Source: a virus
Taxonomy: Duplodnaviria > Caudoviricetes
IMG/VR virus record: IMGVR_UViG_3300022208_000003
Location: 1-62,177 of that record
Direction: 5' to 3' (one strand)
DNA: 62,177 bases
The stretch's first letter is position 1. Each line of letters starts with the position of its first letter. Below the pieces are notes generated by a model. The model was given only the letters and a program-made list of their open reading frames with translations. It ran no database searches and had not been told where the DNA came from. Both the position numbers and the translations under genes were made by a program. Shown one piece after another: positions 1 through 8,455 of this stretch.

Positions 1-117
1 ATTGGGATAAACGTTAGCATCGCTAATGCGCTTAATATTTGCCTAAAGGTTCCTATTTTCATCATCCCCTCCGTTGTAGTAGTCAACAAAAAATAGCCCG
101 GCATTTCCGGCGCCGGG
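1..117. repeat. Exact duplicate of 244-360 (5' part of the cassette gene plus the 60-bp cassette repeat)
   Basis: Direct identity at an offset of 243 bp; the copies diverge after 117/360. Confidence 0.93.
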
Positions 118-137
118 GAGCTATGTCGTTGTAAAAA

Positions 138-308
138 TCAGCATTTAACCGAAAAGCTCAGTAATTGTATTGCCAATATAGTGTACCCAATAATTATTAA
201 TTTTTCGACAATATCACCATTATCTTCAAATCCGTATACTAAGATTGGGATAAACGTTAGCATCGCTAATGCGCTTAATATTTGCCTAAAGGTTCCTATT
301 TTCATCAT
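138..308 (-). CDS. Small two-TM membrane protein (cassette gene; paralog of 765-938)
   Basis: MMKIGTFRQ...; GGAGGGG RBS inside the repeat; two hydrophobic segments; shared DI..K...IG..I..IQL.S..V pattern. Confidence 0.75.
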   Translation of the reverse strand: MMKIGTFRQILSALAMLTFIPILVYGFEDNGDIVEKLIIIGYTILAIQLLSFSVKC

Positions 309-360
309 CCCCTCCGTTGTAGTAGTCAACAAAAAATAGCCCGGCATTTCCGGCGCCGGG
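301..360 (-). repeat. 60-bp inter-cassette repeat (terminator-like hairpin + T-tract + GTTGACTACTACAAC + GGAGGGG RBS + ATGATG)
   Basis: Identical at 58-117/62051-62110 and 301-360; partial copies near 721-762, 932-958 and 61675-61743. Confidence 0.93.
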
Positions 361-380
361 AAGATCCGTTGTGGTCAAGA

Positions 381-722
381 TCAGCTTAAATTAAAGATGA
401 ATAGATCAATTTTTTTATCAAAATAATAATTAAATTTCATAGATCTAGAATAATCTATTGAATAATATTTTAGAAATGATCTTGCCATTATTGACCTTGA
501 ATTTCCCCTTTTAACTATCTCGAAAGAGTTTTCATCGTTATCATTTATAAATTTTATGCCGACTTTATTATCTTTTTTATTATAATACAACTCAGCATAT
601 TTATAATTATTAATATCATGTTTGTCAACGAATGAAGAATTAAACGAAATAGTTCCATTTAACCATATTGATATTATTGGGTTTTTACTCTTCATCCCTT
701 TATGTTCAAATTTTTCAAACAT
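381..722 (-). CDS. Hypothetical protein (very AT-rich cassette gene)
   Basis: 113-aa ORF with GGAGGGG RBS, bounded by repeats. Confidence 0.8.
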   Translation of the reverse strand: MFEKFEHKGMKSKNPIISIWLNGTISFNSSFVDKHDINNYKYAELYYNKKDNKVGIKFINDNDENSFEIVKRGNSRSIMARSFLKYYSIDYSRSMKFNYYFDKKIDLFIFNLS

Positions 723-764
723 CCTCCCCTCCTTAGTAGTCAGTCAACAAAAAAAGTCAGCCTG

Positions 765-938
765 CTATTCATTCGGCACTGTCAAGCTCATTAACTGTAT
801 TACCCAAATTGGAACACCGATAAGCCTAATTTTTAATGCGATATCCTCCCCTGCGTACACTGCTGAAAATATCATCAAAAAAAACATTATTAGTGCCATA
901 ATGCCAAGGATTACTTTAAAACTACTTATGCTCATCAT
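765..938 (-). CDS. Small two-TM membrane protein (paralog of 138-308)
   Basis: MMSISSFKVILG...; same RBS/repeat start. Confidence 0.75.
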   Translation of the reverse strand: MMSISSFKVILGIMALIMFFLMIFSAVYAGEDIALKIRLIGVPIWVIQLMSLTVPNE

Positions 939-961
939 CCCCTCCGTTGTAGTAGTCAAAA

Positions 962-1120
962 TTAATCCATAAAAGGATTAACAATTTTCCCGCAGTACTG
1001 CTCAATCCATCGCTGGAATATCCACGCGCACCGAGTTTTCTGACACCCACGGCGGAGCGCTCCGGTACCCCAGAGAGTACGCTTGTGTTCTTTTTGCAGT
1101 CGTTTTGAGAATTTATTCAT
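962..1120 (-). CDS. Hypothetical protein, 52 aa
   Basis: MNKFSKRLQKEH...PFMD*, translated by hand; start overlaps the upstream gene end. Confidence 0.5.
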   Translation of the reverse strand: MNKFSKRLQKEHKRTLWGTGALRRGCQKTRCAWIFQRWIEQYCGKIVNPFMD

Positions 1121-1343
1121 CGTAATCAAGAACCTCACGAGCTAATTTAAAAGCTTCAACGTATGACTTTGCCTGTTCTTCTGCTTCAGCGAAAGATCCG
1201 GTGAGGCAAGCCGAAACGTCAACAGTTAAGCATTTCTTAATAGTTCCGTCCTCTGATATTCGATTTCTACTGCTTATTTTCAGGTATGGAGACCACCCTT
1301 TTTTGCAGACAGTAACGCTATCTCCATCGTGATTTACTCGCAT
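1113..1343 (-). CDS. Hypothetical protein
   Basis: 76-aa ORF with GGAGG RBS. Confidence 0.7.
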   Translation of the reverse strand: MRVNHDGDSVTVCKKGWSPYLKISSRNRISEDGTIKKCLTVDVSACLTGSFAEAEEQAKSYVEAFKLAREVLDYDE

Positions 1344-1440
1344 ATTATATTTCCTCCATCAGTTTTTAAAATAAGGATTTTCTTATTTCATTTTACGGCG
1401 TAGGTTGAAATAAGATGTTTCCATTTTGGAAATAACTCAT

Positions 1441-1656
1441 TTACCATTCATCATATAATGTCAAATCTTTGCTTTCTCCGCATGCACACTTGACAATCAC
1501 TATTGTTCCTAACCCTGTAGTAGTAAAACACCAGGTTAATCTTCCGCCTATTGCTCCTATCTTTTTACCTCCAAGTTGGTCATCTTCTAGGTGACAATCA
1601 TGAATTTCAACAAAATTTTCAGCTATCATCCTTTGTTTATTTGTTAACTCGAACAT
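1441..1656 (-). CDS. Hypothetical phage protein (Cys-containing)
   Basis: 71-aa ORF with RBS; GAIGG...FTTTGLG...CACG pattern typical of small phage proteins. Confidence 0.75.
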   Translation of the reverse strand: MFELTNKQRMIAENFVEIHDCHLEDDQLGGKKIGAIGGRLTWCFTTTGLGTIVIVKCACGESKDLTLYDEW

Positions 1657-1700
1657 ATTCCCCTCTAGTTATCTTTTTGTTCTTCCGTTTTTTCTTCTGC

Positions 1701-1901
1701 TTATTGTATCTGCTTCTTGCTCTCCTTGCATGTGTTGACATATTTCCCCCATCCAATTACTTTTTTGTATTCGTAGTTGCGCCGGAAAAGCTTGTCTGCT
1801 ATTACATTGCAAACTATGAAAATAGCTATTACAACAATAACTATTGCTGCTATCATGGCGATACTCTCGCGCAAGGTAAAATATGAAATCGCCCAATCCA
1901 T
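1701..1901 (-). CDS. Hypothetical membrane protein
   Basis: 66 aa with one TM segment. Confidence 0.6.
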   Translation of the reverse strand: MDWAISYFTLRESIAMIAAIVIVVIAIFIVCNVIADKLFRRNYEYKKVIGWGKYVNTCKESKKQIQ

Positions 1902-2123
1902 ATTAGTTCTCCATCGTTACCCATTCTCGCTTAAACATCTCTTTTGAGTGCCCACGCACCCAGCATCCGGTATCAACCACAGTACCTATTTTCGATTGCT
2001 CTGTGGTTCCGTTTGCGATAAACGCTGCACGGTGCTGATCGCCGATATTTTCGACAACATAAAATGCCGGCATCCTTACCTCGTCAAACCAGCGGTCGAA
2101 CGCTCCTGGTGTGTCGGTTGTCA

Positions 2124-2447
2124 TTACCCCATCTCCTTTAAAAGTTTGTACGCCATCTCCTCGGTAAAAAACGAGTATCGGTAACCGTCTTGCTGGTACC
2201 ATTTCCCATTGATCATTAGGCGATAGCACTTGTCAGTATGGCTGATATTTAACAAAGTTCCTGTGGCGCAGTACTGACTATCCTTGTAATAAAAAATGCA
2301 ATTCTTCCGCTGATCTGAATACGGAGCAAACTTATCAGACCATTGCTTGGCCGGATAGAGCTCAATGACTATTTCCTTCTTAAAACGCCCCGAGTTTTGG
2401 GGGCGTTCTTTGGATAGTTTTAGCACGGAGGCTCGTGGCTCTCTCAT
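2124..2447 (-). CDS. Hypothetical protein
   Basis: 107 aa; ATGA overlap with the exonuclease stop. Confidence 0.7.
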   Translation of the reverse strand: MREPRASVLKLSKERPQNSGRFKKEIVIELYPAKQWSDKFAPYSDQRKNCIFYYKDSQYCATGTLLNISHTDKCYRLMINGKWYQQDGYRYSFFTEEMAYKLLKEMG

Positions 2448-3052
2448 TTGTCGGCCTCGATATCGGCAGCAGCATCTTGTATTTGTCCAACAATCTCGCC
2501 AATTGCCATTTCGAGTAATTGATTAAATTCATCATCGCGTTGTACTCTGATTATGAAAGGCTTTATTCCTGGATAGTAGCTCATAAAGTCCCACCACTTG
2601 CGCCCGGTGACGTAAAGTGATCCATGGACCTGCCGGTGGTACTCAGCAGGCAGCTTGCCGGATCTCAGGTATTTTATGTGCGTGCTTAGCTTTGGGCATT
2701 TTATTTCAAGGCCGCCGTCGTCACCAATAAGGCCATCAGGAGAGCAACCACACTGCGGGCTTTCTTTTGCGATAAATCCAACCTGCCTGACCTCAACGTC
2801 TCGCGTGAACTCGTATAGCTCACGTGCTTCTCCCTCAAGATCAATCCCGCGTTGCATCCATTCGTTCTTAAAACCATCCTCAGTATGACCAAGCAGACGT
2901 TCCCCGACCAGTTGATTGACGTAATCTTTGCACGAGGAGCTAAAAGAGCCGTTTGCTTGTATTATTTTACCGAAATTTGAAGCTGTTGGGATACCTGCTC
3001 TCGCTGCATGCCATTCTGGTGTTCCCTGTTCTATTTCGTCATAAATGATCAT
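2444..3052 (-). CDS. YqaJ / lambda-exonuclease family recombination nuclease
   Basis: EQGTPEWHAAR, TAS, CSPDGL, LEIKCP motifs. Confidence 0.93.
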   Translation of the reverse strand: MIIYDEIEQGTPEWHAARAGIPTASNFGKIIQANGSFSSSCKDYVNQLVGERLLGHTEDGFKNEWMQRGIDLEGEARELYEFTRDVEVRQVGFIAKESPQCGCSPDGLIGDDGGLEIKCPKLSTHIKYLRSGKLPAEYHRQVHGSLYVTGRKWWDFMSYYPGIKPFIIRVQRDDEFNQLLEMAIGEIVGQIQDAAADIEADK

Positions 3053-3744
3053 TTTTTTGACCTCAAGGCGGTTAACGCTTTACTGTATACCTGCCGAGGT
3101 ATAGCCTCAACCGATGGACACCTGATATACTTCAAGAATGCCTCCTTATCGGCAGATTTTTCCTTGATGAGGTCGTTGATTATTCCTTGCTCTTCCTCAG
3201 TGATAAATTGAACATGCTGATTTCCATCGCGGTCCTCATCTGCTATGGCAAGATTGAAAATCATTATCGTTAAATATCTGCGAGCGTAAGAGATTGAGGA
3301 TCCCCTGGCGTGGGTGTCTGTCTTGTTGACCTTGCCGGCTATTCCCTTATTGTCAAGCGGACAATCATATTGGTAATTTTTACTGAAACCGTCTTTATGC
3401 GAAACCTCGCATTTAACCAGTAGATGCCCTTCTATTTCAGATTTTCCGGTGTCAAATGATAATGCGAATCCATGGGCAGTATATACAGGTATTATCAACC
3501 TGTTTATCGCCTCAAGCCTCGCATATTTTGAATTTGTCTGCTGATTGCTTGCATCCTTGACTATCGGACGGATCTCTTTTTGCGCTTCACTCATCGCCCT
3601 ATTGAAAGAGATCATGGCCTCTCTTTCCATGCTTCTCTCGTGCAGCTCAAAAAGCTTCTCCATCTTGGCAACATCCAAATCTGGATTCATTGCCGCATCG
3701 AGTATCGGCGAGCCTGTTTGCGTTGTCGGTAAATTGTCGCTCAT
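3049..3744 (-). CDS. ERF-family single-strand annealing protein
   Basis: SKYARLE, GSSISYARRY, DEDRDG motifs; coupled to the exonuclease gene. Confidence 0.9.
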   Translation of the reverse strand: MSDNLPTTQTGSPILDAAMNPDLDVAKMEKLFELHERSMEREAMISFNRAMSEAQKEIRPIVKDASNQQTNSKYARLEAINRLIIPVYTAHGFALSFDTGKSEIEGHLLVKCEVSHKDGFSKNYQYDCPLDNKGIAGKVNKTDTHARGSSISYARRYLTIMIFNLAIADEDRDGNQHVQFITEEEQGIINDLIKEKSADKEAFLKYIRCPSVEAIPRQVYSKALTALRSKK

Positions 3745-3771
3745 ATTCCCTCCCGGTGGTTAGTTTCTCTC

Positions 3772-3799
3772 ATTATACAACACGGACTTGTCTTGTCAA
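3772..3799 (-). promoter_or_regulatory. Sigma70-type promoter of the ERF/exonuclease operon
   Basis: TTGACA-16-TATAAT. Confidence 0.75.
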
Positions 3800-3817
3800 T
3801 ATTATTTGAGTGATGTT

Positions 3818-4057
3818 TTATATTCTGTTGACTCCGTGGGCTTTGCCATGGCAATGGATGCAAAGCGTGACGAGATTTTCCATGGTGTCCGGCCCACCGT
3901 GTGACCTGAAAATTATGTGGTGAGGAACATCAAGTGGATACCCGCCAGGGCAATCAGGATCTTGGCACGTGTAATCGTCACGTTCTATCACTGCCGCGAA
4001 TAGGTCTTGCAGCGGTTGCCCTTTTAATCTGATCGGCTTTTTCTTCGGATATTGCAT
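3818..4057 (-). CDS. HNH endonuclease
   Basis: RDDYTCQ...HHIIFRSHGG...NLVTLCIHCH. Confidence 0.9.
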   Translation of the reverse strand: MQYPKKKPIRLKGQPLQDLFAAVIERDDYTCQDPDCPGGYPLDVPHHIIFRSHGGPDTMENLVTLCIHCHGKAHGVNRI

Positions 4058-4560
4058 TATATTTCAATTACCTTTGGTCTTTTATTAGTTAGCCCAAGAA
4101 GCCAATCGTGAACATCCTTCTTCGGAATTGTGATTGGTATTTGCTCATGGATTGCGTAAAACTTTATTCTCGTGAGATATTTTGCCATTGGTTTTGATTT
4201 AAGACCTCTTGTCGATATCTCTCGTGCAAGAGCCTTTGCCGCTTTTTCGTATTTTTCAGTACCTTTTTCTAAGAGATTTACCGCCTCAACTAGGCATGGA
4301 AAATAATCTCACATTTCAAGTTTTATGTTGATAAGGTACCGCTCTTTGAAATACTCATGCATATTTTCAGGAGTCCGACCGTAATATTCACCTATTTCCG
4401 TGTTCCACATCCATAGGGTTCTATTTTGGTGACCTGTTTTATTGTCATCAAACTTAAGGACCTTCACCGTCCACCTTTCGTCCTCGGGCAATTCCTCGAT
4501 TACCTTCAGGACTTCGATGCGGTCGGACGGTGAGGTTATGGTGTATTCTGTGGGTTTCAT
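4057..4560 (-). CDS. NinB/Orf-like recombination protein with an in-frame TGA at 4309-4311 (recoded or pseudogene)
   Basis: N-half QNRTLWMW...HEYFK; the frame stays open 83 more codons (..ISTRGLKSKPMAKYLTRIKFYA..) and ends in a TAATG overlap with the HNH gene. Confidence 0.7.
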
Positions 4561-4709
4561 TTATAATTAACTTTGAACGGAGTTTCACACATCAAACATT
4601 CGGTGCGCTCTAAATCCTCAGCAAACTCTGTGTTGACAAAATCGCATTTTGGGCATGTCCATTCCCAGTAAGTTTCAGGAATAAATTTTACCGATTCTAC
4701 CTCTTCCAC
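4557..4709 (-). CDS. Small zinc-finger protein
   Basis: GTG start with GGAGGGG RBS; WTCPKC...CLMC. Confidence 0.7.
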   Translation of the reverse strand: MEEVESVKFIPETYWEWTCPKCDFVNTEFAEDLERTECLMCETPFKVNYK

Positions 4710-5352
4710 TCTCCCCTCCTTTCACGGGCGGCACGATGCCGCCCGGACTAATAACAGTTGACAGTCTATGATACTTGCCGAGCTATATTTTCAACCGGCT
4801 CGGCTATTCGGTTTTTCGCCGGCGGCGTACAAATTAAATATTGGAATCAAATGCATAAACAACCATATCGCAATCCTCTAATTAAGTTGACATGCTTTCA
4901 GCCGGCATGGTTTCGGCTTATTCAATATTAGTACCGCGCTTTGGAGTGGCGCGGCTCACTCTTCATGCATCCACAAAATTGCCAATTGGCCAGCCCATAC
5001 ACCGTCCACCCCGGTGCGGTTCCTGGCGGCTATGCCTGTTCCGATTTTTTTGGCTTTCGTACCTCAACACCGGCTGGCCTCGCGGTGTTGCCTCCACACG
5101 CTCCTCCGGGTGGCCGGCCTGGAGGATTAGGTGGAGGATGGTTAGTAGGAGGGTGATCATTCTTCAATAACCATCATCTCATCATGTCCAATTGAGAATA
5201 TATAATTTCTATATTTAGTTATCACACAGAAATAACCTGCAACAATTGCTTCTGTTATGTCTGTGACATCTTCGATTACTGTTGGGCTCATCTTTTCTTT
5301 TTGTATCGTTACCTTCATAACTTCCCTCATCGTTAAATTTTGATCATGCCTA

Positions 5353-5444
5353 ACCGTATCCTTTCACGGGGACTATGTCAACAATAAAATTCACCACAGA
5401 TAATTTTTTTAGTGGTTGACTTATCCTTTTGTGGGGAGTATTAT
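5353..5444. promoter_or_regulatory. Divergent sigma70 promoters sharing an operator-like spacer motif
   Basis: Minus: TTGACA-17-TACGGT (5381-5353). Plus: TTGACT-17-TATTAT (5416-5444). Both overlap TATCCTTT-N3-GGGGA. Confidence 0.7.
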
Positions 5445-5463
5445 TGATAGGTAAGGAGGTATT

Positions 5464-5649
5464 ATGGAGACGAAAGATATAATCAAAGCTCTACGCAAGG
5501 CCGGGCATGCGGATAAGGATGTCGTGAAGGAGCTCGGCACGGTGAAGCTAAAAACTTACTGGAATTGGTTCAATGAGACAACGAGCCCAAGTAAGGCAAA
5601 TAAGAAGCTCTTGCGTCAATTAGCTGCTGGGAAGGGGGTGAAGGTGTGA
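5464..5649 (+). CDS. Small Cro-like HTH protein
   Basis: 61 aa; IIKALR...VVKELG..KLKTYWNW....TSPS; first gene after the promoter. Confidence 0.65.
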   Translation: METKDIIKALRKAGHADKDVVKELGTVKLKTYWNWFNETTSPSKANKKLLRQLAAGKGVKV

Positions 5650-5906
5650 ATCGATGCCTATTACCACAATCAGAACAGGCCGAGCTTCGCGCCGGAGTGT
5701 CATTGGCACAAGCAGATTACGACGAGGCTAAATCGCGCTTACGTCTTTCTATTTTGAATGTATCGCCTAGCATGACCAAGGCACAACTTGATATGATTGA
5801 ATTGCGTATCGATGCGTTTGAAAGTGCTCTTATTGATTTGGTCAGCTCGCAAAACATAGCAATTAAAGCCGGATTGACGGCTGAGGGGGAACGATGGGAA
5901 AAGTAG
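5646..5906 (+). CDS. Hypothetical protein
   Basis: 86 aa; GTGA overlap. Confidence 0.65.
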   Translation: MNRCLLPQSEQAELRAGVSLAQADYDEAKSRLRLSILNVSPSMTKAQLDMIELRIDAFESALIDLVSSQNIAIKAGLTAEGERWEK

Positions 5907-6226
5907 ACGAATCGATAGTTAAAATTTCTCGTGATCCGAGATGCCTATTAACATTTATTGCGCATCAACCATACGATTTGTATGGAAAACATTCAGAATC
6001 ATTCGCATTCTCAATCCACGAGGATGCATTGAGAGCATTGGTTAGCGAAGAATCATGGGCATTGCTTGATACTGGAGGAGAGCTCCATTTTAAGCTGGTA
6101 GAGGTGGAGTGGGTCAACGAGTTGGAACAATTCATAAAGAATGGTGTTGAATTTGGATATATTACCATTCCAGAAGAAGGAGATCCGGCCAGAGATATAA
6201 TTGATGAGATTATCGGTGATAAATAA
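5894..6226 (+). CDS. Hypothetical protein
   Basis: 110 aa with RBS. Confidence 0.7.
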   Translation: MGKVDESIVKISRDPRCLLTFIAHQPYDLYGKHSESFAFSIHEDALRALVSEESWALLDTGGELHFKLVEVEWVNELEQFIKNGVEFGYITIPEEGDPARDIIDEIIGDK

Positions 6227-6567
6227 TGGGACACAGAGAAACACCATTCCAAAAGAAGTGCCTAGACTGGCTAAATTCATCTACTAAACGCAAGTTTGCC
6301 CGTACCAATTCAGGGCAAGTAAAAGTACGTGGCGGGTGGATGCACCTTTGCGAGCGTGGTTGGGGAGATATAACAGGCGTTGCTTATGGCTATCCTGTAA
6401 TGGTTGAGTGCAAAGTTGACGGGGTGACGACCGATAAGAAGCGAGTAGAAGACCAGGAGAGAATCAGGAGAGAATGGATGGAAGCCGGCGGAAGATATTA
6501 CCGGGTTAAAACTTTAGATGAGCTCAAGATGGTTATCGGAGAGCTCGAAAGATCAATACCTTTTTAG
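6226..6567 (+). CDS. VRR-NUC / PD-(D/E)XK nuclease (possible resolvase)
   Basis: E..FQ, GWGDI, VECK, Q....W..AGG.Y motifs. Confidence 0.8.
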   Translation: MGHRETPFQKKCLDWLNSSTKRKFARTNSGQVKVRGGWMHLCERGWGDITGVAYGYPVMVECKVDGVTTDKKRVEDQERIRREWMEAGGRYYRVKTLDELKMVIGELERSIPF

Positions 6568-6576
6568 GGGGATGAA

Positions 6577-7002
6577 ATGGGGACAAACTTTTACGCATGC
6601 AAGAATGTATGTGAGTATTGCGGCATAGAGGAAAGTCAATCCCACATTGGGAAGAGCAGTATGGGATGGTGTTTCTCTCTGCATGTAATTCCCGAAGAGG
6701 GAATTAATACTCTCGGAGACTGGAAGACTTACCTTTCAAAAGAAAATGTAATTATAAAAAACGAATGTGATGACATCATAACGTTTGAGCAAATGATTGA
6801 TTATATCGAGAATAGACATGGAGGTGATAGAATCTTAGGGGAAGGCGACCCGCCATATGGGTATAAATCATGGAGGATATTCTTCGATCAAAATCATGCT
6901 GAAATAGGACCAAGAAATCTACTTAGACACTTGGTAGATGGCAAGCATTGCGTTGGCCATGGAGAAGGAACTTTTGATTATATAACTGGTGAATTTTCTT
7001 AG
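6577..7002 (+). CDS. Conserved phage hypothetical protein
   Basis: MGTNFY...HIGKSSMGWCF...GEFS pattern. Confidence 0.8.
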   Translation: MGTNFYACKNVCEYCGIEESQSHIGKSSMGWCFSLHVIPEEGINTLGDWKTYLSKENVIIKNECDDIITFEQMIDYIENRHGGDRILGEGDPPYGYKSWRIFFDQNHAEIGPRNLLRHLVDGKHCVGHGEGTFDYITGEFS

Positions 7003-7012
7003 GGGTGATTAA

Positions 7013-7183
7013 ATGAACGGGGAAAAAGCAAAACAAATAAGAAAAGCTATTTACGAAGACAAGTCTCACCGTATGCGTTCTTATCGTAGGGACGAAAAAA
7101 AATGGTGTGTATTAAACGTTGGGCTTAGGAAGGTATATCAAAACGCAAAAAAGATATACCTCAAAACCGGAGAGATTTTTTAA
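7013..7183 (+). CDS. Small basic protein
   Basis: MNGEKAKQIRKAIY...; RBS present; translated by hand. Confidence 0.6.
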   Translation: MNGEKAKQIRKAIYEDKSHRMRSYRRDEKKWCVLNVGLRKVYQNAKKIYLKTGEIF

Positions 7184-7210
7184 AGGTCAATATCTTTTTA
7201 GGGTGATTCA

Positions 7211-7432
7211 ATGAAACCAACAGAAATTACTTACGAGAGGCTTATAAACACTGGAAATTTCTCACACGAGAAATATTCAATAACAATAGCCCTTGACGAA
7301 AATGATAGCCCGACAGATGCCTATCAAAAAGCGCGGAATGCCATCGAAAAGCAGATAAATAGGCCTAGTGCCAGTGAGTTTGCTGTTGCAAAAATTGTTG
7401 CTGAGTATGAAAAAGAGGATATCCCTTTTTAG
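7211..7432 (+). CDS. Hypothetical protein
   Basis: 73 aa, ends in EDIPF (SSB-tail-like). Confidence 0.7.
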   Translation: MKPTEITYERLINTGNFSHEKYSITIALDENDSPTDAYQKARNAIEKQINRPSASEFAVAKIVAEYEKEDIPF

Positions 7433-7511
7433 GGGGATGGATCACGCAACTCAGCCTCATGATACTCGATCCCTACCGTAGGAGCTTTTTGCTTGACACC
7501 ACACATGCTTA

Positions 7512-7540
7512 CTATCCCTGCAACTATTAGCAGGGATAGG
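7512..7540. terminator. Hairpin between convergent operons
   Basis: ctatccctgc-aactatta-gcagggatag. Confidence 0.6.
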
Positions 7541-7576
7541 AGTGTTCCAAGAACAAAAAGAAGAAAGTTTATGGTA

Positions 7577-8026
7577 CTATTCCGCCTCAATTTCGATCTC
7601 CTCTTTTTCCTCTGGTGCTAAAATCTCTGTGGTTGATTCGACTTTGCCGGCAGAGCCTGATCCATTATTGCTCACGTAATCCCCGCCGACATCGTATCTC
7701 GTGCCGTTTCCTGACCTGGCAACCTCAATAAACGCCCAAGGTATAGCACTCATCAAGACTGTCCGTCCAACAGAGCCTATTATTGCAGATGGTTTTTCCG
7801 GGGCCTCCGGGATTATAAGATCCATTTTCTTTTGGCAGACGGTAAGCGCAACGGCGACTGTTCCGCCGGGATCATTCTTAACCTTTTCCAGGGCATCTGC
7901 ACAGGCTTGAGCAATTGCCGAATTCTCTACGGCGATTGATTCGTTTGATTCTCTGATCGAGTCATAATAATTTTGTGTTCCGCATCCAGGTAAAAACAAA
8001 AGAATAATAGCAATCAGCCTCTTCAT
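7577..8026 (-). CDS. Lipoprotein
   Basis: MKRLIAIILLFLPG-C lipobox. Confidence 0.75.
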   Translation of the reverse strand: MKRLIAIILLFLPGCGTQNYYDSIRESNESIAVENSAIAQACADALEKVKNDPGGTVAVALTVCQKKMDLIIPEAPEKPSAIIGSVGRTVLMSAIPWAFIEVARSGNGTRYDVGGDYVSNNGSGSAGKVESTTEILAPEEKEEIEIEAE

Positions 8027-8146
8027 ATTCCCCTCCAAGGAAAAATTTGTTTTACACTTTACATCGATTTCTGATATGGTAAAGTGTATGGTGTAAAATA
8101 CAATCTATATATGGTTATGTCTGTTTTAAAAAAAGTTATTATTATT

Positions 8147-8455
8147 TTATCCGCCTCCACTTTTCTTTTCTTTCTGCTCGACAAGTTTTTTTAGTTGCTC
8201 TTCTATATTACCAAGTCTTCTATCAAGAGCATCTAATTGTGTTTTTGTTGAAGCATTCTGTATTAGTATCTGTGTAACAGCATCTTCATTTTTCTTTGAT
8301 CTGCCTTCGTTGTTGTATATTTTCTCCTTATCTCCACCATAAGAAGACGTTGCAGATATTATTAGGGCAGTTATGGTCGAACATGCAACAGCGATAGACG
8401 CGATCCTAGCCATATCACTCCAGGGACCTCCCCCCTCTTTATCCTTTCCACCCAT
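8147..8455 (-). CDS. Single-TM coiled-coil protein (possible lysis accessory)
   Basis: N-terminal TM plus C-terminal heptads; last gene of the tail operon. Confidence 0.6.
   Translation of the reverse strand: MGGKDKEGGGPWSDMARIASIAVACSTITALIISATSSYGGDKEKIYNNEGRSKKNEDAVTQILIQNASTKTQLDALDRRLGNIEEQLKKLVEQKEKKSGGG

Noticed and set aside
309-347. N-terminal MPGYFLLTTTTEG shared by ORFs 138-347 and 61744-62097 (and MTTTTEG in 765-959)
   Set aside because: It is the translation of the non-coding repeat; the GGAGGGG RBS points to the downstream ATGATG starts
58-960. Cassette repeats as a CRISPR array or integron attC sites
   Set aside because: Spacers are whole genes of unequal length, no cas or integron integrase is present, and the repeat lacks the attC R''/R' bottom-strand layout
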